Source: Octopus vulgaris
Taxonomy: Eukaryota
Direction of reading: 5' to 3'
DNA length: 64,000 nt
NCBI GenBank assembly: GCA_951406725.2
Contig: OX597840.1
Location: forward strand, 12,710,001-12,774,000
Made by a program: the position numbers and the translations under genes. The notes beneath the pieces are model-generated. The model had not been told where the DNA came from, did not search any database, and worked only from the letters and a program-made list of their open reading frames with translations. This document shows, one piece after another, positions 1 through 12,819 of the stretch (its first letter is position 1; every line of letters starts with the position of its first letter).

Positions 1-477
1 CTGGAATGAGTTTGAATGCAGTTACAGGAGAAAAGAATATTTAGAAAGTAAAATCTCCTGTATTTAGCTACTGTTTCTGAATAACATAAATATTATTAGG
101 GTGCACAAAGGAGTGGAATGATGGGGATCTGTTATAGATAGATGTCTATAGATAAAACTAGAGGTAGGTATTTACATTTGCATATTAAACAGGGATATTT
201 AGGATTCTAAGCAAATACGCATTGCAGATATTGGCGTTAAGGGGTTTAGACAAAACCCCATTAAAGACAATGATATTCAGGGAGATAGGCAAACAATTAG
301 CATGTGTTTAGGGAGCTTGGCAAACATTTATTATGGGCAATGCATCTCTAAGGGAGCTAAACAAACATTGATTATATGAATTTATATTTGGGATGTTACA
401 AGAGGTAGAAAAACAATTATTAAAGGCAATGGTGTATAGGGAGCATTTTACAGACAAGAAAGTAAGTTTTGAACGTA

Positions 478-886
478 GACGCAGGAGTGGCTGTGTGGTA
501 AGTAGCTTGCTAACCAACCACATTGTTCCGGGTTCAGTCCCACTGCGTGGCATCTTGGGCAAGTGTCTTCTGCTATAGCCCCGGGCCGACCAATGTCTTG
601 TGAGTGGATTTGGTAGGCGGAAACTGAAAGAAGCCCGTTGTATATATGTATATATATATATGTGTATGTGCATTTGTGTCTGTGTTTGTCCCCCTAGCAT
701 CGCTTGACAACCGATGCTGGTGTGTCTATGTCCCCGTCACCTAGCGGTTCGGCAAAAGAGACCAATAGAATAAGTACTGGGCTTACAAAGAATAAGTCCC
801 GGGGTTGATTTGCTCAACTAAAAGGCAGTGCTCCAACATGGCCACAGTCAAATGACTGAAACAAGTAAAAGAGTAAAAGAGTAAAG
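478..886 (+). mobile_element. tRNA-derived CORE-type SINE (octopus OR1/OR2-like family), full length
   Basis: A-box TGGCTGTGTGG, B-box GGTTCAGTCCC, CORE-like CTTGGGCAAGTG, internal (TA/TG)n and (GTAAAAGA)n tail. More than 10 related copies occur in this window. The family name comes from recall, not a database search. Confidence 0.85.
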
Positions 887-999
887 ACAGTATAGCTGTG
901 AAAAAGCATAAAGATTTGGTGTTACACACTTATGAGATGGAAAACGTTGTCAGCAGATGAGATACCAGCTGAGTACTTTACTATTAAGCTAAACAGCTA

Positions 1000-1900
1000 A
1001 CTGGAAACAATCACCGTCAAATGCTAAATATAAAAATTTGTTTATTACACATGTCAACATTTCATTAGAAATACTACAATGCTCCAGGTTTATCTTTCTT
1101 ATTAGAGATTTTAAATATTTACACATAAGTCTGTTGCAGTTACTTTAGAACAAACTGAAAATTCAACATTTCCAGAACTTCAATGTCTGTTATCCAAGAG
1201 TTGAAATAGTTTAGACATACTCTTTGATACTTATATGCTTGTTCATTTTTCAATTCATTTTTTGTAGAGTTTGCTGACAAAGTTTTACACCATTAGGCTT
1301 CCACATCTTTAGCACATATTAATTAGCTCTGTTGGCGGAAATTTATTTTCATCTGCTAGCTTTTTATGCCAGTTACCAAGAGGTAATTGTTTGATGTGAA
1401 TGTTGCTTGGGTATCTATTTCAACTTTGTGTTGTGATATGAGTGTAGCTTCTATGATTAATATTTTTTGTTGTGAGGAATTTTATTGATTGTGCAATTAT
1501 TATATTTCAGAATTTTTCTATCTAAGTATGTTTTGTAGTGTCAAACAGAATTATGTTGTAAATGCATAGTGAGTCATCAAGAGAGTGTTGATCAAGTATG
1601 TCCAAAGATGTGGAGTCCTGAAGGTGGTCATTAATAGTTTGGGTTTACATATTTGTAATTTGTTATTGATAAAAAGATTTGTGGTTTTGGGTTCATATTG
1701 TGTATTATTAATTTTAGTTTATCCTCCCTTGTGATGCATTTTGTGTTGTGTTCTATAAAGCTTTTGATTACGTATTCGTCTATTTGTTATTTGTTATGTA
1801 TTTGATTTTAATAATAAATTTTAAGTTTGATTTGTGTATGTTCATTGGATGTATTCTCTGATGTATTTGTTGTATAATATTTATGACTCTGTCTACTACT
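1000..1900 (-). mobile_element. Degenerate Penelope-like element fragment (3' part)
   Basis: Broken minus-strand reading frames with composition and short motifs resembling the C-terminal region of the PLE at 35887-38827; many stops. Confidence 0.45.
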
Positions 1901-3160
1901 CTCTTGGAATACACATTGCGGATTTCTTTCTCTTGTGCCTCATTTGTGGACAAAAACTTGTTGACCACCACTAGGCACGGTCTGTTATGCTCCAGCACCT
2001 GATCTGTTTGGATTGGGAAATACCAGATGATTTTGCTAGTCTCTGACTCTGCCATTCTCTGCCACGTCTGTACTCATACCATGTCTTGCCTCTCTCTAGA
2101 CTTCACTTTTTGTACATTTTCCAATGTAGCACTTCACTACCTGGTCATGTTGCTATAACGTGTGGCAGTTTTGGGCAAGTATAGGGCATTCGTTCATGAT
2201 ATGAGCAATGGTTTCATCAACACTATTGCAGGTACAACACAATGGAGACATTTGATCATTCCTAAGATTGATCCTCCACTTCGTGTCCAGAGCTTGGTTC
2301 TGTGCTGCCAGTATAGTGCTCTTGGTCACTTTTTTAGGGTTCCTTTCATCAGCCAATACCTCCTATTATTTCCAGCAACTTTTGTAATGGCTATATGGAA
2401 CTGATTATGTAGCCCCTTCTTGTGTAATTCATCATCGTCATTGTCATCGTCATCATCATCATCATTATTCGTTCGTAACACAGTGTAGGTAAAAATGCAC
2501 CAGAGTCTTTAGTCATCTGTCAATTCACAACAAGGTCCTCAGACAGATGATACTTACTTTAAAATGTGCGCTGTGCCCAATAAGGCTACTTTTTGCTAAA
2601 CATCAATCTTGCATGGGATTTCCAGTTGCCTTAAGCAGTCTTGAAGTTTCAATGGGATTGAACCCAACACTCCGATCACCCCTGGTATCACTTTTACATT
2701 ACCCTCTCACATTCCATAGTCTTGCCATTTCCGCTTTCAATTCGGAGTACTTGGTGATTTTTTCAACCTCTTTACTCACAACATTCATGTCATTTGGTAT
2801 AGATGCATCAATGATCTGGCAGTATATGTCTCTCTAATTCAGAATGACAATATCCGGCCAGCAGTGTTCGATTACACGATCCGTCTGAAAATCATAGTCC
2901 CAGAGTAACGTTACTTTTCCATCCTCCTTCACTTGGTACATGCTCCTACCAGTCCTCTATTATTTCATATTGGTATTTACAGCATAAGAGCCAATGACGA
3001 TACACCCGTACACTTTATTGTAACGTGCTTGTAGTCTTTTTGTGCAAGTCTCTTACATCCACTTACCAAGTGGGTCACACTTTCCATACTTTTTCCAGAG
3101 TCTGCATTCCTGGGTGTCAGTAATTTTATAGATGTTATATTTCACTAACTTATTATTACT
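1900..3160 (-). mobile_element. Two degenerate 3' fragments of an RLE-type non-LTR retrotransposon (R4/Dong-like)
   Basis: CCHC knuckle CCTCNSVDETIAHIMNECPILAQ (ORF 2153-2356). IQTDQVLEHNRP resembles the RLE ...RPD motif. A second copy with CRL..K and an RPD/IID region lies at about 2500-3160, with an (ATG)n-like tail near 2430-2470. Confidence 0.7.
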
Positions 3161-3572
3161 GAGTGAGAGAGCAGTGCATGCTATCAAAGTGACACTTGGG
3201 TACAAATATTCAAAGCCCAGTATACCCATCTGATAAGGGTACACTAGGCACATGCATCACGACCATATGTGCATGACATGGTGATATCATATCAAGACAA
3301 ACAGCACATGACTTTGCAGGTGGAGCTTAGTTAGAATTTTGTTCATGTTGAGTAGTCTATCCAGCTCAAAAGGTCCCCGAATAAGGGTTGTTTAAGGATG
3401 TAGAACGAAACACCCATGTTTCCAAAGGGGAATTATCCAAAAGGTGTCTTCCTCTCAACACACGGCTATGATGCTCCCCCACTAATTCTGATTGTGATCA
3501 GAGATGCACATATCGTCAGCCACTAAGGGACATGCTCAACTGATTAAGGTCAAACAATTGACAGGCAAATCT

Positions 3573-3970
3573 CTTTACTCTTTACTCTTTTACTTGTTTC
3601 AGTCAATTGACTGCGGCCATGCTGGAGCACCACCTTTAGTCGAGCAAATCGACCCCGGGACTTATTCTTTGTAAGCCCAGTACTTATTCTATCGGCCTCT
3701 TTTGCCAAACTGCTAAGTGACGGGGACGTAAACACACCAGCATCGGTTGTCAAGCAATGCTAGAGGGACAAACACAGACACACATACATATATATATATA
3801 CATGTATATGACAGGCTTTTTTCAGTTTCCGTCTACCAAATCCACTCACAAGGCTTTGGTTGGCCCGAGGCTATAGTAGAAGACACTTGCCCAAGGTGCC
3901 ACGCAGTGGGACTGAACTCAGAACCATGTGGTTGGTTAGCAAGCTACTTACCACACAGCCACTCCTCCTA
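3573..3970 (-). mobile_element. CORE-type SINE copy
   Basis: Reverse complement of the SINE at 478-886. Confidence 0.85.
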
Positions 3971-3984
3971 ATCTGTAGTATTAT

Positions 3985-4190
3985 TCTTTTCTACTCTAGG
4001 CACAAGGCCCAAAATTTTGGGGGAGGGAGCTAGTCGATTAGATCAGCCCCTGTACGCAACTGGTACTTAATTTATTGATCCCTGAAGGATAAAAGACAAA
4101 GTCGACCTTGGCAGAATTTGAACTCAGAATGTAAAGACAGACAAAATACCGCTAAGCATTTCACCTGGCATGCTAACATTTCTGCCAGCT
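3985..4190 (-). mobile_element. Second tRNA-derived SINE family
   Basis: Minus strand AGCTGGCAGAAATGTTAGC...GAGTTCAAATTC (A/B-box-like), followed by a GGTCGAC...ATCCTT...AAGTACC central domain. The head recurs near 34952. Confidence 0.6.
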
Positions 4191-4233
4191 TGTGGTATTA
4201 TTATCATCATCATCATCATCATTACTGCTACTG

Positions 4234-4284
<51 letters not shown>

Positions 4285-5287
4285 TATTTATCATTAGAAA
4301 TGTTATGTCGGTAATACCTGTTAAGCTTGCATGTATTAGACAAGCCTATGGTGGATTAAAGATTAGGCAGTGAAGAGGTAGGATAATTTCAGGGTGGATT
4401 GATTAAAGACAGAGGGGTAGTTATGGTGGGGAGGAAAGGGGGAATCAATGATATCAAAAATGTTCCTGGATAAGCTCTTAACATTTAAGGAGAAAGGGGT
4501 AGTACTAAAGTAGGGTTCTCCCTCCACTTTTATTGGATAATTTGGGGTGTGTGGGATCATGTTTCCTAGTTGGTATTAGGGATTTAGTTCTATGTATAGG
4601 GTTGAATTTTGCACAGGTATTATAGGGGTGTATGAGAGGTGGCAGAATATGCTGCCTTTTACACATTTTACAGCTAGTAAAGGGTTGAGTATCCCTCTCA
4701 ACTGTGAGGGATGTTGCCTCCATTCTTTTAGGGTATGTTGACTTGGAATGTAATGGAGGTGGGTAGTTCTTAAGCCTAGTGTTAGATAGGAACATTATTT
4801 TTGCAAGAAGCCGCCAGCTGCAAGCGTTCGAATGTAATAGGTGGCATGGTTATGGAGTATTACCTCGGTTGTGGATAGACCAGAGATTCTAATCAAAATA
4901 CCTATGATTAACTTATCTTTCTCCGATGATGGAATATCAACATTTGGAATCTTCGCTCAACACGATGTTCCAATATTTGGGATGTCCTAGAAACAGCTGT
5001 CACAGACTATCTAAACCTTTTATTATAAATGTCCTTGTCAAGTCTTGTCAAACTGTTTGCCTTTTCTTTTCAGATTTAATATATATATATATGTGTGTGT
5101 GCGCTTGTGTGCATGTGTGTGTGTGTGTTGTGTGTGTGTGTGATGTGCTTTTAGTTTGTCTGGAGCTATAGTAGATGGTATTTGTCCAAAGCGTTGTGCA
5201 ATGGGATTGAACCCAAAACCACATGATTGGGAAACAACCTTCTAAATCAGATAGCCATGCCAGCACTTATATATGAATTAGAAAATA

Positions 5288-7307
5288 CTAGCACTATGAC
5301 CTGGCGTTGCTGGGTCTAGTGCTAGTTTTATGAACAAAACTTACGGTCAGTAACAGAAACCGAGCCACGAAGCATAACTGTGAAAAGCGTTTGAGTCTGG
5401 GCGGCAAAGCATGCATCCTCACGTTTAATTAGTGCATTGAATCTTATTGGATAATGATCTAGTACACGCAAATCCAAGGCCGTGCGTCCAAGGCAGCATT
5501 GGCCAGTACACACACGCATGCATACACGCACATGTTGAAGGTCATATTCAGTGCCATGCTCACACACATACACGCACAGGATGACTAAGTGTCTACTTGG
5601 GAAAACGCTTTTTGTGGTGTTTGATGTACGGGCTAATTAATTAGTGGAAAGTCGATTAAAGTTAGAAAAACATTGGGCATTTGTGAAGAGGGAGAACCCA
5701 ATCAATTTGCAGTAGCAAACAAAGAGCTTATTATGTGGAAGTTAAGGCTAAAAGAAATCGGTTGTAATTCAATTTGAATGGGGAAGCCCGTAAGGGATTG
5801 TTAGGGGCCAACTCTAATCAAATTAAAATTTCACGCACCATGAGTAACAACTTGAGCATCCTCGTCACCTGCGTTTTAGATAGCGAACGATTTGATCTCA
5901 GGCTGAATGCGAACTCAACAAACGATGGTTATGTGTATTTTCAAAATCATGCTGTGGTGCGGTCAAATTCGAATTTTCCCGCTTTCTCCTTCCTCCCTCT
6001 TTTGTCCGACTATGACATGTGCACAGTCCTGCTAACTGAAAGCTTCATATCATGTGCTTGTTGTTCGTTTCCGGTGTTTCAATAAAAAGTTCTTACTTAA
6101 TCAAGTTTGTGCAGAAACACTGTATGAATCACAAGTTCTAGCCTTGAATTGTCTTAGGTAACGGTGTGCTTCTGTTTGGTTAGCTATAAAATGGGGTAAG
6201 AACAAAACTCAGGCTTTTTACAGATAAAGATTGCTTCATTTTGTGCAAAATCCCTTTCTTTGTTTTCAGAAATTGTGTTTGTCTTTCCATCGCATATGTT
6301 TTTTAATGCATTTGACTGAGCCCTGAGCCTCTGCAGATGAAATTTCGCTTAAGAAAATCTTTGTATCTTAGGTCATTCGTACCCCAAGTTAGGGCTAAAA
6401 GAAAAGGTTGCAGTCTATTTAAATGCAGAAACCCGCAAGGAATAGTTTTATTAAGTTTTCACTGATTGATTGGCAATTTTGGTAAACTCGAATCAAATTA
6501 AGATTTCTTGCACCAAAAGGATCACCCTGATAACCCTATGCCCCTGCTGTGTAGGTAGCAAATGATTTGATCTTAGGCTGATTGCAAACAAATAAACGAT
6601 TTTTATGAAAATCCCTTGGGGGGTCAACTTACCCATTTTTCATTTTTAATCCAACTCGAATAAAACATCCTGGACTCTCGCTGGATAACTTAAATCAACT
6701 GAAAGCATAAAAGTAAAGCCCTTCCTAAACAGATTCATTGAATAGGCTCCAACTCTTTTATGGCATACTTAAGAAATGACAGCATATCAAGTATATTTGG
6801 TCTTTCATGAAAATCCCACTCTCTTGTCATTCACTTGGTCTAACTCGTTAATTATTCCCTGCATTTTTCGAATCAAAAGAGCGTGCACGTTTGAAAGCCA
6901 AAACACATCATAATGCGTTTTCGTAAAACACAAAAATGCACTGAGTCATACAGACTGTCTGCAAATGCGCATGCACATTCAACTGTCAAGGGTAAAATTA
7001 TCTCCGTCCAATCAAAAAACAGCTGGCAGTCTATTGGCGTTTCTAGCTGTATGCACGCACAGCGTACGAATTTCTATGTTTTAGCGATTTTGAATGGATA
7101 TGCCCCTAACTTATGGGCATAAGAGGTCGGTTTATCAATCTTTTTAATGGCTTTTTGGGGTGACTGGGGAAATGAAAAGATCTTCACGACCACCCACAGA
7201 CAGATTTGAAAGCCCAAAGAAAATGCGAGCCTGTTACGTGAAAAACTGTGGTTTTGTATAAAGGACACACAAATACACAGACATTTTGCCATTTATAAAT
7301 ATAGAGA
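5288..7307 (-). mobile_element. Non-autonomous Helitron (~2 kb)
   Basis: Minus strand starts TC(TCTATATTTATAAA) with a TGTCTGTGT tract and ends with hairpin GACCCAGCAACGCCAGGTC then CTAG. It is inserted at A|T and is absent from the paralogous flank copy at 9650-9850. Confidence 0.75.
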
Positions 7308-7481
7308 TTTTGTATACATTTCATATATATCTTTAACCAAACAACTGTAATTTGGGCCCAGAATTGAGTTACTCATCCAGAATCAGTCGTTTGCAATTTG
7401 TGATAAGATTTATTTTATATTTTTAACTTCCTTTTCCAAGTTATATATATATATATATGTACGTATGTATATATATATATT

Positions 7482-7561
<80 letters not shown>

Positions 7562-7592
7562 TGTGTACGTATATATATATATATATTTATAC

Positions 7593-7628
<36 letters not shown>

Positions 7629-7661
7629 ACGTATGTATATATATATATATTTATATATATA

Positions 7662-8041
7662 CTAGCAGTATCGCCCGGCGTTGCTCGGGTTTGTAAGGGA
7701 AATTATTATATAAGCATTTTTAGAGATGTAAAGTATAATAGCCATCTCAATATGGCTAACCACAAAGGGGGAGGGTGTTACTGTAGCTTTTTATGTTCTG
7801 AGATTTAATAATAAATTTTAGAGAGTTACTTCCCTTATATATGTCAAAAATGGATTAAAAATGGGAAAAATTGATGGTAAATTTTTTTTTAAATCGTAGA
7901 CTCATCGTAGACGCGCGCTAATACCCAGACGGTCTCGATATGAATCACGACTATAAGATACCCGGTTTTGGTTAAACAAAATGTGGGAGTAGTTAGGAAT
8001 CGTAGGAGACAGACACACAACCTCACTTTTATATATAAAGA
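7662..8041 (-). mobile_element. Non-autonomous Helitron (~380 bp)
   Basis: 5' TC-TTTATATATAAAA, 3' hairpin CCCGAGCAACGCCGGG then CTAG, inserted at A|T. Confidence 0.8.
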
Positions 8042-8144
8042 TTTCCTCTATTTACATAATATTGAGGTCTCTTTCTTTCTTTTGTTATCTTACTGTTTTT
8101 ACCAATATACATATATATATATATATAAATATATATATAGTTAC

Positions 8145-8462
8145 AGAGATGTACTTGCATAGCAAGTGACTTGATCTGAGATTGTGTGCTGGAACGAAAA
8201 CAGTTGCAGCGTTGAAGGTGTTTATAAGCCATTTAAGAAACACACAAAAACCGTTAGATTCACTTCAACATTTAAATTTAATTTGTCAAAATATTTTCGT
8301 CGCTTTGAGACCGCGACCTGTTAGCACGATATTTTTGTCAGTGAACAGGTCGCGGTCTCAAAGCGACGAAAATATTTTGGCAAATTAAATTTAAATGTTG
8401 AAGTGAATGTAACGGTTTTTGTGTGTTTCTTAAATGGCTTACAAACACCTTCCACGCTGCAA
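8145..8462. mobile_element. Fold-back (inverted pLTR-like) repeat carrying a hammerhead-like motif
   Basis: ~120-bp inverted arms at about 8204-8322 and 8344-8462; same family at 42541-42805 and 44476-44740. Confidence 0.65.
8334..8384 (+). ncRNA. Minimal type I hammerhead ribozyme, G3-C8 core variant (candidate)
   Basis: Stem I TTTGTCA/TGGCAAA, core GTGAACA, stem II GTCGC/GCGAC, GAAA, palindromic AATATT minimal stem III, UH cleavage site. Confidence 0.55.
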
Positions 8463-8826
8463 TATATATATACACACATATATATATATGTATGTATGTA
8501 TGTATGTATATGTGTATGCATGTATGTGTGTGTGTGTGCGTGTCTGTGCTTGTGATTGTCCTCCACCACTGCCTGACAACGAATGTTGGTTTGTTTACAT
8601 CCCTGTCACCTAGTGGTTTGACAAAGGAAACAGATAGAATAAGTACAATGCTTACAAAAATAAAACTGGAGTTGATTCATTAAACTACAATTCTTCAAGG
8701 CATTGCCCCTGCGCATGGCCACAGACCAATGGCTGGAAAAAGCAGAAGAATAAAAGAATACATTCTCTGCTTTGGTCTTATGTTCAAGGCATGAGAAAGC
8801 TTGAGTTTACATGAGAAGGCCTAACA

Positions 8827-9092
8827 GACCTGGGTAGAAACAGCAGCCAAATCTCCCTCAAATCACACCTTACTGTCTTATGTATGTATATATATATGAG
8901 CCAATGAGGGGGACCTCTACATGGTAGCTAGACCTGGTAGAAATAGCAGCCAAATTTCCCCCAAATCACACCTTACTGTCTTATCTATGTATATATGTAT
9001 GTATGAGCCAATGAGGGAGACCCCTACATGGCAGCTAGACATGGTAGAAATAGCAGCCAAATCTCCCTCAAATCACACCTTACTGTCTTATC
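8827..9092 (+). repeat. Three tandem ~105-bp repeats
   Basis: AGACCTGGTAGAAATAGCAGCCAAATCTCCCTCAAATCACACCTTACTGTCTTA at about 8827, 8929 and 9037. Confidence 0.8.
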
Positions 9093-9249
9093 TTTCTGCT
9101 ACTTGGATATAGGTCTTATATTCGTCGTAAAAAACTTTCCTGTCACACACTCACGCACATGCACACACACACACACACACACGCACCCTCACACACAAAC
9201 ATACACGCACACACACACACACACACACAGACACACACGCACGTTAGCT

Positions 9250-9608
9250 TACAATTTTATTTATATAATTGCGTGTCTATGTGTGGAAAGAGGAAGTGGG
9301 AGGCAGAGTGAAAGAATCACTCACTACAGTAAGTGAATTACTTTCATTTTATTCGTTGTCCACTGTGTGTGTGCGTTTGCGTGTGGTGTAAACCAGACTA
9401 AGAAAAGCATTTGACACACACACCAGAATGTGAGTTTTCTGTAAATTTTGCTTAATTGGAGTTTAAATTTTAAAAACTGGACCTTGCATGACGCGATGCA
9501 TTGTACTCTTAAAAATGCTAGGTAAATTGTAATTGAAGAAATCCTATATTGTAGATGTCTATAACTCCCAAAGGGAGGCAGATAAAATCTGCCTTTTATA
9601 ATAAGAGA
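9250..9608 (-). mobile_element. Helitron 5' portion (same family as 48110-48635 and 48678-48950)
   Basis: Minus strand begins TCTCTTATTATAAAAGGCAGATTTTATCTGCCTCCC, matching the start of the element at 48678. Confidence 0.65.
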
Positions 9609-10152
9609 TAAATATGTGTGTGTTTGTGTGTGTGTGTGTGTGTGTGTATTAGATGTGCTTTTAGTTTGTCTGGAGCTACAGTAGATGGTATTTGTCCAAA
9701 ACGTTGTGCAGTGGTATTGAACCTAAAACCACACGATTGGGAAACAACCTTCTAAATTAAATAGCCATGCCAGCACTTATATATGAGTTACTCATCCAAA
9801 ATCAGTCGTTAGCAATTTGTTATAAGATTTATTTTATATTTTTAACTTCCTGGGTCTGAGATTAGAAGCAATTCCCATGGCCATTACAGACCTTTCTCAA
9901 TTGCTGTGATTCAAAACTGATGGCAAAATGTTATCTGAAATTTCATCCGCCAGATTGAAATTTCACCCAACCAAAATAGTTTAACTTTCCTCCTCAAACA
10001 TTTTTAATTTCATTAAACACCAACAGTCAAATCCAACACAATTCCACGTTCCATAAACAACAATATTAAGAAAACAGACGTTTATATTTCTATATTTTAG
10101 CCAAGATTCATGCTATGTATGTTCCTCTTGAAGTCACAATGTTTTAGGAAAA

Positions 10153-10400
10153 GATAGGACCAGGAAGAGAATTCCAGAGAATCAAAACTCTTACAAGGAA
10201 GAATTGTTTGCTTTAAAACTTTTATACAATATCACATGAACAAATGTACGGTTCACCACATTTCTGAAATAACATTGAATATAATTAATTAAATGTATGT
10301 ATGCAGTTTCTTTATAGAAATCTTCCTGGTTGTGTAAAGAAGAAAAGATATTGGTCAGAGAATAGAACATGAAATCCAATAAAAACTAATACTTGTCTTT
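10153..10400 (+). promoter_or_regulatory. Conserved upstream non-coding block of ActL-1 (putative promoter or 5' leader)
   Basis: GACCAGGAAGAGAATTCCAG...CTCTTACAAGGAAGAATTGTTTG...ATATCAC.TGAACAAATG is shared, in the same gene-relative orientation, with 33640-33868 upstream of ActL-2. Confidence 0.55.
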
Positions 10401-10582
10401 TCTACATTTTACCATTAGCATGAAATTTCATTCAATTGATACAGTTTAACTTTCTTCCTTGTACATTTTTACTTGCATTAAACAACCAGCAGTTAAATCG
10501 AACACAAGTTCACGTTCCATCAACAACAATATCAACAAAACATTTACATTTTCATAGTTTAGCCAGGAACATTTTATCTAAC

Positions 10583-10705
10583 ATGCCTGATGTAGTTCAT
10601 CCTGTCGTCATTGATAATGGATCACATACATGTAAAGTTGGTTTTGGAGGTGATCATGAACCAAGAATTGCCATTTCTTCAGATGCTGATTATCCCAGAG
10701 ATCAG
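10583..10705 (+). CDS. Divergent actin-like protein ActL-1, exon 1 (41 codons)
   Basis: MPDVVHPVVIDNGSHTCKVGFGGDHEPRIAISSDADYPRDQ carries the actin phosphate-1 loop DNGS..CK.GF. It ends CAG|GTACGT, the conserved phase-0 actin intron after codon 41. Confidence 0.92.
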
Positions 10706-10739
10706 GTACGTTGACTATATTTATATGTAACTTTAAATA

Positions 10740-10772
<33 letters not shown>

Positions 10773-10909
10773 CACCATCATAATGATCCTTGTTTTTTAA
10801 TGTCCACTTTTCCATGTTTGCATGGGCCAGGTGGAATTCTTCATGAAAGATATTCTATGCTGATACCTTTTATATCAGGCTATCCTTCACCTTTTTCCAA
10901 ATATCATAC

Positions 10910-11400
10910 AGCGGCTGCCCAAATATGAACATAATTCTTGAAAATCACCCAAGATACCACTCCCAGTTGTAACTGCGAAGACCCTGAAGCCTACCCCCTT
11001 GACCAGACATGTACGATAAACACCGTCATATATGAGGCTGAAGTTAGAGCTATGATCCAAGATAAATCTGTCGAAAAAAGAATTACGTTGGTTTATGTGA
11101 GGGTCAATTCAAGAGACAATTATGCAAACCACCTATTTTCTTTCTGGCACATCGATAAAAGCAATGCAAGTTCGCTAGCCATGTACGGAATTTGAGGAGC
11201 AGCTCCACACCACATACAATTAAGTAGAGAATTGTGGAGAAATTCAAGCCATACATTAATGGATCTAAGAAATGCAGCTTGTGCATAGCAGAAAAGTCTC
11301 GTATTCTTCTCAAATCCAGATCTGCTTAATTCCACACCTGGAATTTTGAGCAGGTGTAGACACAGACAGATTTCTTCTATCGAATTGGAGGGTACCACTC
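10910..11400 (+). mobile_element. Penelope-like GIY-YIG endonuclease fragment in the ActL-1 intron
   Basis: CNC....PL...C....VIYEAEV...Y...YANHLFSF...SLA, then CxxC..EK; frameshifted. Confidence 0.75.
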
Positions 11401-12269
11401 ACTCTGAATTGAGTTGTCTCACAGACTTTGACATATTTTCTGTTATTTTTTCTTAAACAGTTGTAATTAATGAGATTTCTGCAATCAGGAAGATGGAAAT
11501 GAGGATTTAGGTCCCTTGGTTTCATTTCTTTTTTCATGTTTTTTTTTTCATGTTTTTTCCACATTTTTTTCCTTTATTTTAATATATATATAATGCATTA
11601 GCAGAACCTGGAAGATTGCTTTAAGATACATTGTGTATTTTATAAATATGCCTGTTCAAGTATCATAAAAGCATTAAAATATTAGGAGCTCTTTCGGTTG
11701 TTTATTAAATTTATACCCACACACACACACACAAAATAAGTGAATATTGTTGGATATGTTCCTAGTAGTATGCCGATGAAACATGTTCACTGCTTATGGC
11801 TACCTGATGTCATCAACAGTATTTACATAATTGTCGCTGGATCTACCTCAGAAATTCCCCAGTGTTCGTTGAATATATAACAACACATAGAGATGGAAAA
11901 TGGAATATACTAGAAATCTTATTGCTCACAACGATCGTTTTGACCCATCCTACATCGATCTGTTGTGGGTGGAATACTGTACAACAGGTTGTGGTGTATC
12001 CCCTGGTATAGAAGCATCTCTCTAGGTTATGTTATAAGGGGTATCTCATTCAATAAACCCTGTTTTGCTCAGTTTTAATATAGTATGTTTTTTAGTGACC
12101 ATAGGTTTAAGTTGTTGGACACGAATGGTTTGGGACAAATTCCATTGTGATGTTATATATATATATATAAGGATAAGCACATTAAAAGGGATATGAAGAT
12201 GTGAAAACATCTATGACAGAACTCATCAAGTGCTATAACAAATGGGGCCACAATTCCTGCTGGCTTTTT

Positions 12270-12560
12270 GTGCTAAATATGTCTGTCAGTGGCTTTACTT
12301 TTGTTGATATGCCAGAAAGAAGATGGGTGGTTTACATAACATCTTTTGAAATTGTTTTCCCAGAAACTAACATAATTGTTCTTTCCAGTTTGGTTATCTT
12401 GAAGAGATGCGGTAACTTCTACCTCATAATCAGCAGTGTTTATCATACATACCTAATGAAGTGGGCAAGCTTTAGGCTCTCAACAGTTACAACTGGAAGT
12501 GGGCTCTTGATGATGCTTATGTGTAATAATGTTCTTCATATTGGGGCAGCAGCTTTGTAG
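12270..12560 (-). mobile_element. Second Penelope GIY-YIG fragment, inverted relative to 10910-11400
   Basis: Minus strand reads SSCNCE... and YEVEVTASLQDNQTGKNNYVSFWENNFKRCYVNHPSSFWHINKSKAT, the same family as the fragment upstream. Confidence 0.65.
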
Positions 12561-12819
12561 GTGAAACACGTATGTCAGGGATTAGCAAATTGCATTGATA
12601 CAGTGGGACAGGTGATGTGGGTGGAACACACAGTTCCGGGGCTAGCGGAGAGCAATGATACAGTGGGACAGGATTGGGGAGTGAGAGGTAAGCGTAGTGC
12701 ATGAAGTGGAAATGAAGAGAAGAAATGTAGAGATGTAGTTTAGTATGTTGTAGTAGGGTGTGTGAGATGTTTACTTGTTAAGTGTGCGTGGGACACACAA
12801 CGCTTCTAGAACTCAGTTT

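Noticed and set aside
308-700. Recurrent ORFs such as MLGGQTQT... and [11 protein letters not shown]...
   Set aside because: Translations of SINE copies, not a protein family
4363-4800. Minus-strand ORFs here and at 1-470 with retroelement-like strand bias
   Set aside because: No motif I can recognise; probably decayed transposon sequence, left unassigned
7457-7808. Many ORFs of YI/IY/CV/HT repeats here and at 18.2, 20.1, 32.3, 33.9, 35.5, 40-41, 43-44, 47.7, 50.7 and 56.7 kb
   Set aside because: They are translations of (TA)n, (TG)n and (TATG)n microsatellites, which lack stop codons
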